This document shows positions 36,870 through 47,785 of a stretch of DNA of 64,000 nucleotides, piece by piece. Location of the stretch: positions 118,358,001 to 118,422,000 of the forward strand of contig OX638149.1 in NCBI GenBank assembly GCA_951804945.1, written 5' to 3'. The first letter of the stretch is position 1. Every line of letters starts with the position of its first letter. The DNA is from Podarcis cretensis (lineage: Eukaryota). The position numbers and the translations under genes were made by a program. The notes beneath the pieces are model-generated. The model was not told the origin of the DNA. It did no database searches and was given only the letters and a program-made list of their open reading frames with translations.

Positions 36870-38403
36870 TGTTTCTACAATTTAGCCCGAACTTCAGTAA
36901 AATACCTTTTCAGCCTCTCAACGTGAAGGCGTCAGAAAAGAAGACGTCTCCACTATGTATGAACTGGGCGCTTTTTGTCATAGACAATGACGCGCAGTGA
37001 ATGCAGGAATATCCATCTTTAATATCACGGACGGGCAGATATTCAAGGGGAGCCCCCGTAAGAGTCTGAGAAGTAGACTCAACTAAAAAGAGAGAGGAGA
37101 GAGAGAGAACAAAGAAGGGGCTCCAGGACCCAACACAAAAGAACACAGCCTTCTAAGACCCCGATCCTAAATACCTCAAAGTAAGCCCTACTGATCGTCT
37201 AAGGACTGTCTTCCAAATAAGCCTGCTTGGTTACTTTGGTGGGAAAAAAGCACAAAAGAAACTGCCAAACTGCCGTGACTTCCATGATCCACTACATTAA
37301 ATATGTGCCTCTCGTCCTATTATTTAGACACATCCATCTCTCTTCTTCTCTCCCCTCCCATCTCTTTTTCTAATCAAGGAAAGCCTTCAGAACTTGGGCT
37401 ATGCGATTATAAGATGAACCCAATGTGGCTATTTGGCATGGAGGAAACAACACAGACCACGCTAAGACCCCATTCTAGAACACAGAAATGTCAATTCTTG
37501 GAATTCAGAATTCTCTTGCAACACTCGGTAGGCTGAGTGGGTTGGCGAGCCTATGCACCCTTACCTGAGAGTCAGTCTTATTGACTTCTGCGGGGCTTAC
37601 TTCTGAGTAGGCATGTCTAGCTAGGGTTGTGCTAGAATTCTCGTCGAAATCAACATGCCTGGGCAATGGCTGTTCATTTAAGAGGGATGCGAACTTAACA
37701 AACAAGCTGATCTACCTTTCTTCTTTTTTCAGTTTCCCGAAACTTAGCATACTGATTGCGGGGAGGCGTGTTATATTTACTTCGTTCCTATCCAAAGTTG
37801 TAATTGGAAAGGACGGCGGTTTTAGCATCGTTTATGTAAGGTTTGCATTGGTTGAGATACTTTCAGCCAAATCTGGGTTGATCTACACAATAGTATAAAA
37901 GGCATGGATGCATGCCGAGGTATGCTATTAGAGCATATTCTTCCCTCACTAAGCCTACCCGCTTCCTCTGAAATTATATTAAAACAGATCCAATATTTCC
38001 TATTTAGGTGTGAACAAAAAAAGGAACACAAGCATTTCCTTCCGAAACATGCAGTTCATTCCTGGGCTTTTGTTTCGTCTGTTTTGCTTTGAAAAACCAA
38101 CACGATGGTTTACTTCAAAACATTATAGTAATAATAAACACCATGCCACCTTGTTTGTTTGTTTGTTCCCCATATCACAAATCCCTTGAAATATTGACTT
38201 CATTTTTCCCGTTTTGCTTTCCTTTTGTTTATAATTTGCTCTGTCCCTCCTCCCACACAACACCCCTCCCTCCAACCCCGCCTTGGCTCAAAGTATAACG
38301 CGTGAACAAAAGGAAACGTTTTTAATCCATTTCATTTAAAAACGATAATAATGCTTTGCTCCTCGTCTCTAAAAGCTAGAAAACATTTGCCTATATACAG
38401 ATT

Positions 38404-38415
38404 TTTATTTTTATT
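38404..38415 (-). terminator. Candidate HOXD4 polyadenylation signal (tandem AATAAA)
   Basis: AATAAAAATAAA on the minus strand about 0.93 kb after the stop, at the end of a T-rich 3'UTR. Confidence 0.5.
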
Positions 38416-39336
38416 TTTAAAAAGGGGGTCAGGGGGTGGGTGGGGGAGGGAGAGAAAGATCTCTATTTTTATGGGAGATAAAAACACTGAATAACATTGA
38501 AAGGCAGGAAGAGTACACGCTTGCGTTCTCTCTCTCTCTCTCTCTCTCTTTGGTTTGTCTCTCTAACTTTTTCTTTCTCCTAAACAAGAAATAAATAAAT
38601 ACGCTAATACAGTACAAAAAATAACAATAAAATAACCCGTTTCACATCATATTTGTATTAAATATTTCTGAAAAGTTAGAAGGATGGAAACGCTTTCCCC
38701 TCCCCTTAAGAAACAAACAAAAAAATTAACGGTAACAGCGGAGATGAGCGGGGGACGAGGGGAAGAGTTCACAGGTTTTCAGAGACTTCTGTTTAGGATT
38801 TACCCAAATGCACAACCCGGAATGGCATTGGGGTAGGGTGGGGAGGAAGAAATAACGAAATTAAGAGAATCAATTCCACCACCACCCCAAAAAACCTCTC
38901 TCCTTGGAGAACCCAGACGAAACAACACAATACGATTCCGTTTGTAATGGTGCAATAGCTGTGTGTCGGCAGAGGAGTTTTATTTTAAAAATACTTTTAT
39001 CTATCTTTCTCTCTCTCTTTCTGTATATATATCTATATATATATTTATAATTATCACTTTCTCACCACCTGGATGCAGAGTTTGTTTGAGTGTGAATGGT
39101 TGTGCTGTTTTGCATTATTCCTACGAAGTCCATAATATCGTTGGATTTGTCTTCAGTACCTTAAAGCAGGGTGAGGACAATTTGGGAGTTGTTGGCTGCT
39201 ACGTGCAGGTTTCTGCTTTCAGCCGGCATGTGCGTTTGTTTGGGTGCTTGTTTGTATATTTGTTTGTTTGTTTGTGTATCCTGGACAGTTCAGTTCCGAA
39301 TCAACCGGGTCTGAAACGGACCATCTTCCAAGTTCC

Positions 39337-39647
39337 CTACAAAGTTGTCAAGTCTGTCTGATGCTCCTTGGAGACAGTCTGTGAGTGTTGGCTGGGGGCC
39401 GAGGAAGAGCTAGAGGACCGGCCCTTGGTGTTGGGCAGTTTGTGGTCTTTTTTCCACTTCATCCTCCTGTTCTGGAACCAGATCTTGATCTGGCGTTCGG
39501 AGAGACACAACGTGTGGGCGATTTCGATCCGCCGGCGCCGAGTCAGGTACCGGTTGAAATGGAATTCCTTCTCCAGCTCGAGGACTTGCTGCCTCGTGTA
39601 GGCTGTCCTGGAGCGCTTCGGTTCTCCTCCGGTGTAATTAGGATTCA
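39337..39647 (-). CDS. HOXD4: Homeobox protein Hox-D4, coding exon 2 (homeodomain); spliced protein 246 aa
   Basis: Acceptor CTCAG|TG at 39648/39647. [53 protein letters not shown]...[11 protein letters not shown]...TDLTTL* is diagnostic of D4. Confidence 0.98.
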
Positions 39648-39849
39648 CTGAGCGGGGAGAGACAAACCACAGGCAGGGCTTAACAACCAACCCTCCAAAA
39701 CAACAACAACAACAACAGCAAACCCACAGCCTAATCTTGACTTTCTCATTAGGCGTTAAGGAAGAGAGAGAGAGAAAAGGGAGTCTCTGGTAACCATGTG
39801 GCCGTTATATACACCATTACATTTGCTAATAACAGATGGCCAAGCTTTC

Positions 39850-39852
<3 letters not shown>

Positions 39853-39925
<73 letters not shown>
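39853..39925. repeat. Compound (CT)n(CA)n microsatellite in the HOXD4 intron
   Basis: Direct observation. Confidence 0.95.
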
Positions 39926-39926
<1 letters not shown>

Positions 39927-40039
39927 AACCCCCCTCCTTCCCTCATAGAAACAGCGGACCTTTAAATATCTCTAGCATCTTTCTGAAATGGAATATTCTC
40001 ATGCCCACAACCACATGACCAAGAGGCCTATTTCCCCGG

Positions 40040-40068
40040 CCATAAAAATTTATGGCGAGTGTAATTGG
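40040..40068 (-). promoter_or_regulatory. HB1-type conserved homeodomain-binding element in the HOXD4 intron
   Basis: CCAATTACACTCGCCATAAATTTTTATGG: clustered TAAT and TTTATGG sites typical of the Hox4 intron element. Confidence 0.8.
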
Positions 40069-40204
40069 CTACCTCGATTTCAACCCGCGTCGCGAAGCCT
40101 GGAAAGGACTTTGGAGGGGTGGGGTGAGGTGGGGTAATGAATCAAGAAGGGGGAGGCGGAGTGGGGTGGGGTGGGCGAGGTGGGTAGCAGAAGGGGATGC
40201 TTAC

Positions 40205-40634
40205 CTGAGTTAACGTGGACTTTCTTCATCCAAGGGTAAACCACCGCTGGCTGCTTCATTGCTCCTGCTGCTGTTGGTGGCGATGACCCGTTGGGGCTTT
40301 TGAGGCTGGGCTGCTGGTTGCAGGTCCTCGTGGCGGGCATTGGAGGCGGGGGACAGTGCTCAGCCTGCCCGGGGAAGTGGCTCGCTGGGCCGGATTGCTC
40401 CTGCCCGTGACCCCGCGGCTGCACTGCCGAGCCCTGGGCATTGCTACAACCGTAGGGCTGCTCGCTGTAGTTTGACCGTGGATAGATTCCCTGGTGCTGG
40501 AAGTCAGAGCCTTGCGAGGCACCGTAATAGTCTGAGCTTTGCTCAGCAAGGTAGCTGTTCTGCAGATATTCCTCGCAAGGGGGGAATTTGGGGTCCACAT
40601 ACTTAGAGTTCACCATATACGAACTCATGGCCAT
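40205..40634 (-). CDS. HOXD4: Homeobox protein Hox-D4, coding exon 1 (430 nt)
   Basis: [23 protein letters not shown]...[17 protein letters not shown]; donor TCAG|GTAAGC at 40205/40204. Confidence 0.98.
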
Positions 40635-40699
40635 TAATTTCGGAAGGTAGAAAATACTAATTTTTCTCGTGTTGTCTTTTTTTCTCCTTCCAGAGAGCC

Positions 40700-40945
40700 C
40701 TCCTACTTGCTGTCAACTGAATAAAGTTAGGCGCCCATGTGACCTGCTCAGCCAATCGGGAGGCAGAGAGGTTTATCACCGGATTTGTGTGTGCACCTCA
40801 TAATTTCCACAAATTTCACTAAATAATATACGGGTAATCAAGTGGACCCACATGCTGTCTGATGATTCGCGTGGTTTCCCCCCCTCCCTCCCTCCAAAAA
40901 GAGATATGAATACCATAAAACACGATTCATCAATAGATGGCCGTC
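40700..40945 (-). promoter_or_regulatory. HOXD4 proximal promoter and splice-acceptor region
   Basis: CCAAT 40752-40756, GTCACATG E-box-like 40736-40743, branch point plus acceptor CCTAACTTTATTCAGTTGACAG at 40731-40710, and a CCATAAAA..ATCAAT motif about 40913-40935. Confidence 0.65.
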
Positions 40946-41886
40946 TCCCTGACACCCACGCCCCAACCCCATCTGCCCTCTTCCCCCCCTCCCCCAGGTA
41001 AATCAAAGCCTTTTGTCTCATCTGACTTTCTTAACCTTTGATGCCCTTTGGTTTACAGTTTCGGGGATCATATGAAAACATTAGTTGGTTACATTTCAGC
41101 AATCAAGAGCCAAAGCGTTAAGTTCAGGCAAGGGGAGCGAAGGAAGCGTCGAAAACCAGGGAAAGGACAGAAAATCAGAAGAAGACATCAAACAAGAGGG
41201 CAATATGATGTACAATGGATCTCCTCTGCCTTTGTTTGGCAGGGGTCAACCAAAAGTTACCAGCATCTAGTTGGGCAGAACAAAATTAGGCAATAAGTAA
41301 CTAGCTTCGAATTTACATTGCAAGTGTCGAAACAATCTGTTTTTGTAAACTCCATGCAGATAACAAACTATCCTGAGACCTCTAAAGTTCAACCTAAAAA
41401 TTTTTTTTTAAAAAAAGGCTGTTTTTTTTAAAAAAAAATGGCTGTTTTTTTTTTAAAAAAAGCTTTAATAAGATAATTCCAATATTCAAATTGTTCATAG
41501 CCTTATTTCAGAGTACAAGAAAACGAGGCGACTGTTTCTATTGGCGTCCAACGTTAACATAAAAATCTGGAGAAAATTGGGGCATGGGAACGAATACAGA
41601 AATCGGTATTATCAAAGTTACTTTAGCCACCCTTTATTATTATCTGCAAGCACATATTAACCGCCCAATTAGCATTTTCACAAATTCTTTGCAGACTAAT
41701 TATATTAATACGAACAGGTTTATGGTGAGATATAAATAACTGTAATATTTTTTTTAAAAAATAAGCAACAAATATAGAACTATTTTTTTTAATGTCCTAG
41801 TATACCAGAGTGAGGCAATAGCATCCAACATGCATGTGTCTTTGAGCATCTTCTATGTTTATAACTTATAACCATTTGCAGAAAGG

Positions 41887-41990
41887 TGAAGTTTTTGCAT
41901 CGACCATATATTCCCCTAGAATCGAATCTGTGACTATGTAAACACCACACAAATTCGGTTCTACAGGGTATATATAGACAACGTAATAAC
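41887..41990 (-). ncRNA. MIR10B: pre-miR-10b hairpin (mature 5p 41970-41948; 3p 41931-41910)
   Basis: Minus strand has TACCCTGTAGAACCGAATTTGTG (miR-10b-5p) and ACAGATTCGATTCTAGGGGAAT (3p) as a foldback, at the canonical position upstream of Hox4. Confidence 0.98.
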
Positions 41991-43389
41991 ATTTTGCTTT
42001 CGTCTACAGAGGGTGGGTAACAAAGGCAGCGTCACTGTAGCGTCCTGATCCCTCTGACTCGCTCGCGAGGAATTCATACTACTCTCTGTTGGGGTAAAGG
42101 TCTGAAATTATGGATTTGAAAAATATAATGATTTCATAGGAAAGCATACCAAAAAAGTGTCATTTTTGTGACTTTGGTCTTTTTCAAGATGTAACGAGTT
42201 CTCACGACGGGATTTTCAGATAATCTACGTGACAATAGCTCTGGATTCTTCAGCATTTAAAGCACTTGCGCTTAAAAAACACACCATTCAAATAATAACT
42301 GTACAGTTTTAATAAAAAGAAAGGCTGTCAGCTAATTTATTTTTTGTCAATAGCATGATGTTGATCTAAACAATCCGCCTTTCAATCCCATAATAAAAGT
42401 CTTGATGCAAAGGGACCTTTATATAGGCGAAAGCTAACTATTCGTTTCTGAAAACAACTAAATGGAATTATTTCTATTTCTATTTTTGTATTTTTACCTT
42501 GATGCCACTACCCTCAAGCTGAATATTCTCCTAACTGCGGAGAGTATCTGAGCCTTATGAAAAGAAGGGGGGGGGGAACCTCCACACCACTGTCCTTTGG
42601 TTTTCATGCAATAGTGTTGATGGTGAAGGGCAGGGCAAGAGGTCATCTTAAATCATTTACAAACATATCCCAGCGTTTCATTATTTCTACTTTGTCGACG
42701 GCAACACACAGGATTCCAAAAGTTCATGCATTGTGGCTGACCCGGTTCCTCTGTGTTGTCTTGCGGTCAGCTCCCTTCCATTCTCCCTCTGTTGGGTATT
42801 CTAAGCAAACCAACTTGGGATAAATCAGAGCGAGAGTGAATGGGAATATATGTACGTGTCTGCGTGTGTGTGCATATATGTATATGTGTATGTGTGTGTA
42901 CACACATGTATGTATCTATAGACATGTATGCATATATATCGTTAAGCATCTGTGAGCAAATGGCTTTTTAAGCAACGACCTGCTCCTTTTCATGGAATTA
43001 GGGGTGGCTTTTTCTTTCCAGAAGGTGGTCTCCTTGGGACAGAAATGGAAGAGCAAGTGGATTACTTTACGGATTTCTGAATCAGTACCTGCTCTCTGAG
43101 TTGGCTAAAGAGGCATTCTTATTTCTAATGAGAAGAATGCGTGGGTACTCCATACTCTTGCTCCCTTTGATGAGTAAGTATTTAAGCAAGAAATGCAAAA
43201 CGGTCCAATTCTACAGAATATACAGTTTCAAATGTTACTTCTAGGGGAAAGCGGAATTAAGGGGTGGCCTGGGACAGGACTAATCGGAGAAAGGGCTTTC
43301 TTTAATTTAAACAAAACAAAACATTTTTTAAAAAGAATCGTTCGAATATTTTGTGCAATAGCCCAGATTTTCATATTTGTTAGACGCTG

Positions 43390-43406
43390 TGACCTGCGTT
43401 TCACCT
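43390..43406 (-). promoter_or_regulatory. DR5 RARE, HOXD4 5' element
   Basis: AGGTGA-aacgc-AGGTCA about 2.8 kb upstream of the ATG; matches the described HOXD4 5' RARE (AGGTGAnnnnnAGGTCA). Confidence 0.9.
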
Positions 43407-43472
43407 TATTGCGCGACTTGCTCAGACAGGTCAAAGCCAAAGGAGTTATTGATGAACAAAAGCGTTAAACAT

Positions 43473-43489
43473 TCACCTCGTGCTCAACT
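43473..43489 (-). promoter_or_regulatory. Second, degenerate DR5 paired with the 5' RARE
   Basis: AGTTGA-gcacg-AGGTGA, 66 bp from the first DR5, same orientation. Confidence 0.7.
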
Positions 43490-45986
43490 GCCCGTACAAA
43501 TTCTTTTGATCCACCAGGCCGTTTTTGTATTCTGGTTCATAATCAGTATGCTGCAGCTAAGTTTAAGGAATATTTTTTAAAAGAAGAAGAAGGAAGGAAG
43601 GAAGGAAGGAAGGAAGGAAGGAAGGAAGGATACAAAATGAAAAGGTGGTGCTTATTTTCTTGTTAAGTTTTAAGGCTGGCCAAAGAAAACTGAGGCAAGG
43701 GCAAAAAAAGGGGGGGATTTCAGTAGGAAGGAAGAAAATGTGGGAAATCCCAGTCACCCTCTTAGTGGTTTAAAGCCATCCAAAAGCCATACACAGCACA
43801 ATATTGTGATTTTAAAACAGGCAGATCGATGTATCAGGCTGGGATTTAAAATTAGCAAAGTAAATGGCTCAGAGCTAAGGAAGGAAAGCATAAAGGAGAC
43901 AGAAAGATGTTGTGCCGAAAATAATCGCTTTTAGAGGTTGAGTAACATATGGTTATATTGGTTTCCCTTTTTTTCTAAATAGGGAGGTACAGTAATGTAT
44001 TGTATCCCAGGACAGCAGGCTAGAACTCATGCTCCACATATAATTAAGCCACATATACTTGCAACCATTGAACTAATCATAGCCTTTCTTCCTTTCCCCT
44101 TTATTGAAATCCAACCCTCCCTCTCGTATTATTTTAACCTCCTGTTTCCCCTAAGTTCAGATAGCAGTCTGTATCTGCTTTCTTCCAGTATTTCATATAA
44201 ATGTCAACCACTCTATCTCGGGAACACTTCACTGACGCCTAACAATAACGTCATTAACACAGCCTTGGTTGCGATCCTATGCGTATTGACTAGGAGTGCA
44301 CCTTTCCATTGCAAGCAGCAGGCCTTTATGCCCAAAATAAAAGGGGAGGAGATACAACAGCATTTAGAGCATAACTCCTCGTTGGAGCATTAGTTCATCC
44401 TCAAAGGCTGCAGTACCGAGAGGGCAAGCGCAATCCGTATTTTGGATCTCCACCAAAAGAGGAGCCAACCAGTAGAAGTGCTTGCCCTGGTACATGATAG
44501 ATTCAACATTTGCACAGGGAAACGCGGCATGACTTTATCCTGTTAAAATGCTAATCCTGCTCGTTAGCTGGAAAGAGCTTAAGAGAGGCACAAAGATGGG
44601 CACCTTCACCTGCAATTATCTCCCCAGAAACTGCACCATCAGCGTTTGCTGTGATCTGCAGCCACAGACCGCAGGAGGATGGGAGAGGGAGACAGAGAGA
44701 GAGAGAGAGCAAGCTTGAAGCCCCACGAGCCGTCCAGTACAAAACAGCCTTGCAGAAACATCAGAAACACACCATCTCTGTTTACAAACTCAAACGTTGA
44801 CAAGGCGATGTTTGCACACACGAAAAGGAGAGGGAAAAAAGTGCACTTACTGTAGACGCCCTTCCATTGTCCCGAACCTGTTGCAATGGAGGGAAAGAGG
44901 AGAAAGAAAATAAACAAAACCATTTCGTATTGTTGTTTTTCCATGTATAGATGACACTGATCATAGTTGGGGGGGGGGAGGGATGCACGCATTGCATCTC
45001 TATTTAGCTATGAGAATGTTAAGGACACAGGCAGGCATTGCATATAAAGGTGAAAAACCAACACAATCCCCCCCTCCCAATTGCTGATTTGCCTCTTTTG
45101 TTAAATTCTTTTTGTAATAAAAGCCAGCCAGATTAAATATTTCAGTCAGAGTTATCATGTAATTGTATACGATCATCCTTACTGCTAGTTTCAACTATGT
45201 TTCTATAAAATCTTTTCTCTGATAAAGATATAAAGGATTCTTCCTCCAACTGGGTTAATCCCAGAGTGACAGAAACCTTACCAGCGTATCCCTAAAGCGC
45301 CCTGGCCAGTATTTAGTCAGTAACCCGCTTGCTTAAAAATCCATACCATTTCCCCAACATGAACTTGTAAATATCATCATTATTACAGTAAATCTATTTT
45401 ATTGTTTACTTAAACAGATTTCCCTTCTTCTGTCTGTGTCTTTCTTCTCTTATTGTAACAAATAAATTCTACATTATCACCCACGTGGAGAGAGAGAGAC
45501 TGTTTAAACAATGTTTTCAAAAAGAAACAACCAAGGTTGAGCTATTTTGCAAAACATCCCCTTCACTTTTGCCTGCGCTATCCCTGAGAAGGGCTGTATA
45601 TACACCCAGACCAGCTTAAAGCAGGTAGCAATCATTCCATCGATGTATCATCTTATCTCTCGTTCCGTTCCTCCCTTCACTCTCCTTCTAGAATAACAGA
45701 CAGAACGCAGTGCCTTGAAATCTCTGCAAATTAATCACGTAATGAATGATCTACCGGCTTAAACCGAGGTTGGTTTCTTTCACAAAATTAAAACTAAAAC
45801 CGTCGACGTGCGATTTACTGACAGCTCTCTTAAAACTTGGAGCAAATCCGATGGAAACGCTATTCCTATAATACTTCCGGGCTTCCCTGGATCTGATCTT
45901 TTCATTCATATATACAGTTCCAGGGAACACTCAGACACACGGTCACTGGAGAGAGGGACTCGGTCACATATGGAGCGCAAGAAGAG

Positions 45987-46215
45987 ACTTACTGTGAGCT
46001 TTGCCAAAGGGAAGAGGAAGGGACCCCCGGGAGAAGCAGAGGTCCTGGGCGCTTGGTTTCAGCCAGAGGTCTCCTGCCTAACACTTTCCCTGTCACTGCT
46101 CCCAGGAACTAAAGCATCTGCACTTGTATGCTCTTAAACTAATTTATGGTGGGAATTATATTTTGGCTTGTCAACTCTCAAGCCATAAAACAAAGTTTAT
46201 TGGAATCACGTGCTT
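45987..46215 (-). promoter_or_regulatory. Distal HOXD4/miR-10b promoter and candidate non-coding first exon
   Basis: CACGTGATTCCAATAAACTTTGTTTTATGGC (E-box 46207-46212, CCAAT, Hox/Cdx sites), followed by donor CACA|GTAAGT at 45993/45992. Confidence 0.65.
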
Positions 46216-47659
46216 CGAAAGAGCCACTCAGGACTTATCTCGACGGAACAATAAATAACCTCTAGCTTTAAACTTTTATTCACTTATATAAAGAGGGCCT
46301 GGAAGGAAGGGGGGTTAAAGAGAAGGGGGGAAAGCGGGTAACCCCGCCACACATCCTGCGTTCTATGAAATTTAAAGTAGTCCAAAATAGTGAGGGCCAG
46401 GCACTGGAGGCCTTGCGTGGCTGTAGCGTTTAGGCCAGGCTCTTTTTATTAAAAATAATAGTAATGAGTTGTGCCAGGACAGGCCCCAGTGGCAGTTTAG
46501 ATCTCCCCTTTAATGAGGAAAGGAACGTGTGAATTTCGCTGTGAGTACCGATTCAAAATTTATTTGAATGAATATGTATGTGGAGTGGTGGGAGGGAGGG
46601 AGGGAGGGAGGGAGGGAGGGAGGGAGGGAAGGAGGGACGATTTTAAGCAACACCAAAGGCCACCACGTTTGTGGGATCCTCCCAGCTAGCCCACGCCCAG
46701 CCTCGTCTCTATGGTCAGGCCCCAAGCACTCGGGTTACGCGACAATCCAGACGGCTGCGATGCACACACAACTTTGCAGCGAATAGTGCCGTTTTACAGG
46801 ATTAATGGTTCTGTTGTCTAGGGTTTGTCAGAGGAAGAACGTGTTTATCTATGTCTGTTTGCTAAGCAGCTACGGAAAGTGCTGGGTGTGTGGGTGTGGG
46901 TGTGTGTGGAATTGACCGATAGCAAAACCTCCATGTGCAGGAGCAGCGCAGCAGACGTTGGGTGGGCGCAAAAGAGAGAGGAAGGTCATCATTTTCAGCT
47001 CCTGCTTGGGAGCTTCCAAGAGGGATCTGGCTGGCCACCATGAGATCCAGAATGGATCTAGCAACACAGTTCAGCAACTCTTTATCAGGCGGCCTCTTCT
47101 GGGCCCCTTCACACTAACCAAACTGTTTCACAGCGCAAGGAGATACACGGGACTTGTAAAAGTGACAAAAGAGCTCAGCCTATTCGTGTCGTCGTCCCCC
47201 TCCGCCGCCTCCCGAAAACTTTGATAGCTGAAGCTTTAAGGAGGGGAGTCATAAAGCAATAAAAAGTAGTCTGGTGTGAAGGAAAGGTAGGAGGGAGCAG
47301 AGAGAGAAGGGGGGAGAAGGAGCGGGAGAGTAAGTCAAATTGGATTTTAAAGAAACTAAAATTCTGAGACACCGGAAGTCAAATGTCCCTGGGAATAACC
47401 TTTTGCATGCAAAGTTGTGTGTGAGAAAGAATTTGTGTAGATATATAGATATAAAACTAGGGGTGGCAGGGATAAATGCTTTTCCAGTTGTGTAGGTCAA
47501 TGGACAATTTTTTTTGGTAAACAATACTCCAAAATGAAACAAATAAGATAAAACGGCAAGGTAAGATAAAGGCAAGTACCTTCTGACATTTAAAATGAGC
47601 AGAGCAGAAACGTTTGAATGGAGAAGGCCCCGCCCGCCGCTTGGCTCTCCTGCCATGTG

Positions 47660-47785
47660 AATTGATCTTATTATTACAGGGAAATGATTTATGAAAATGA
47701 CTCCAAAGCATGGGTGTGCATGCGTCGCTGTAAGGGTGTAAGGTTCAGCCGAGGAGGAAGGTATCCGAAGTCATTTAGGTGAGCA
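47660..47785. promoter_or_regulatory. Putative conserved non-coding element upstream of the distal HOXD4 promoter
   Basis: TGATTTATGAAAATGAC (Pbx/Hox) and a GGTTCA half-site in repeat-free sequence. Confidence 0.35.

Noticed and set aside
40080-40204. Extension of the HOXD4 exon-1 ORF to 184 aa, and the 39690 start of the exon-2 ORF
   Set aside because: Intronic read-through past canonical splice sites.
47160-47182. TGAGCTCTTTTGTC as a Hox5 start remnant
   Set aside because: No ATG, no further similarity, and too close to the distal HOXD4 promoter.
47742-47775. Additional DR5 RARE
   Set aside because: Only one good half-site (GGTTCA); the partner at 5-nt spacing is GGAGGA.
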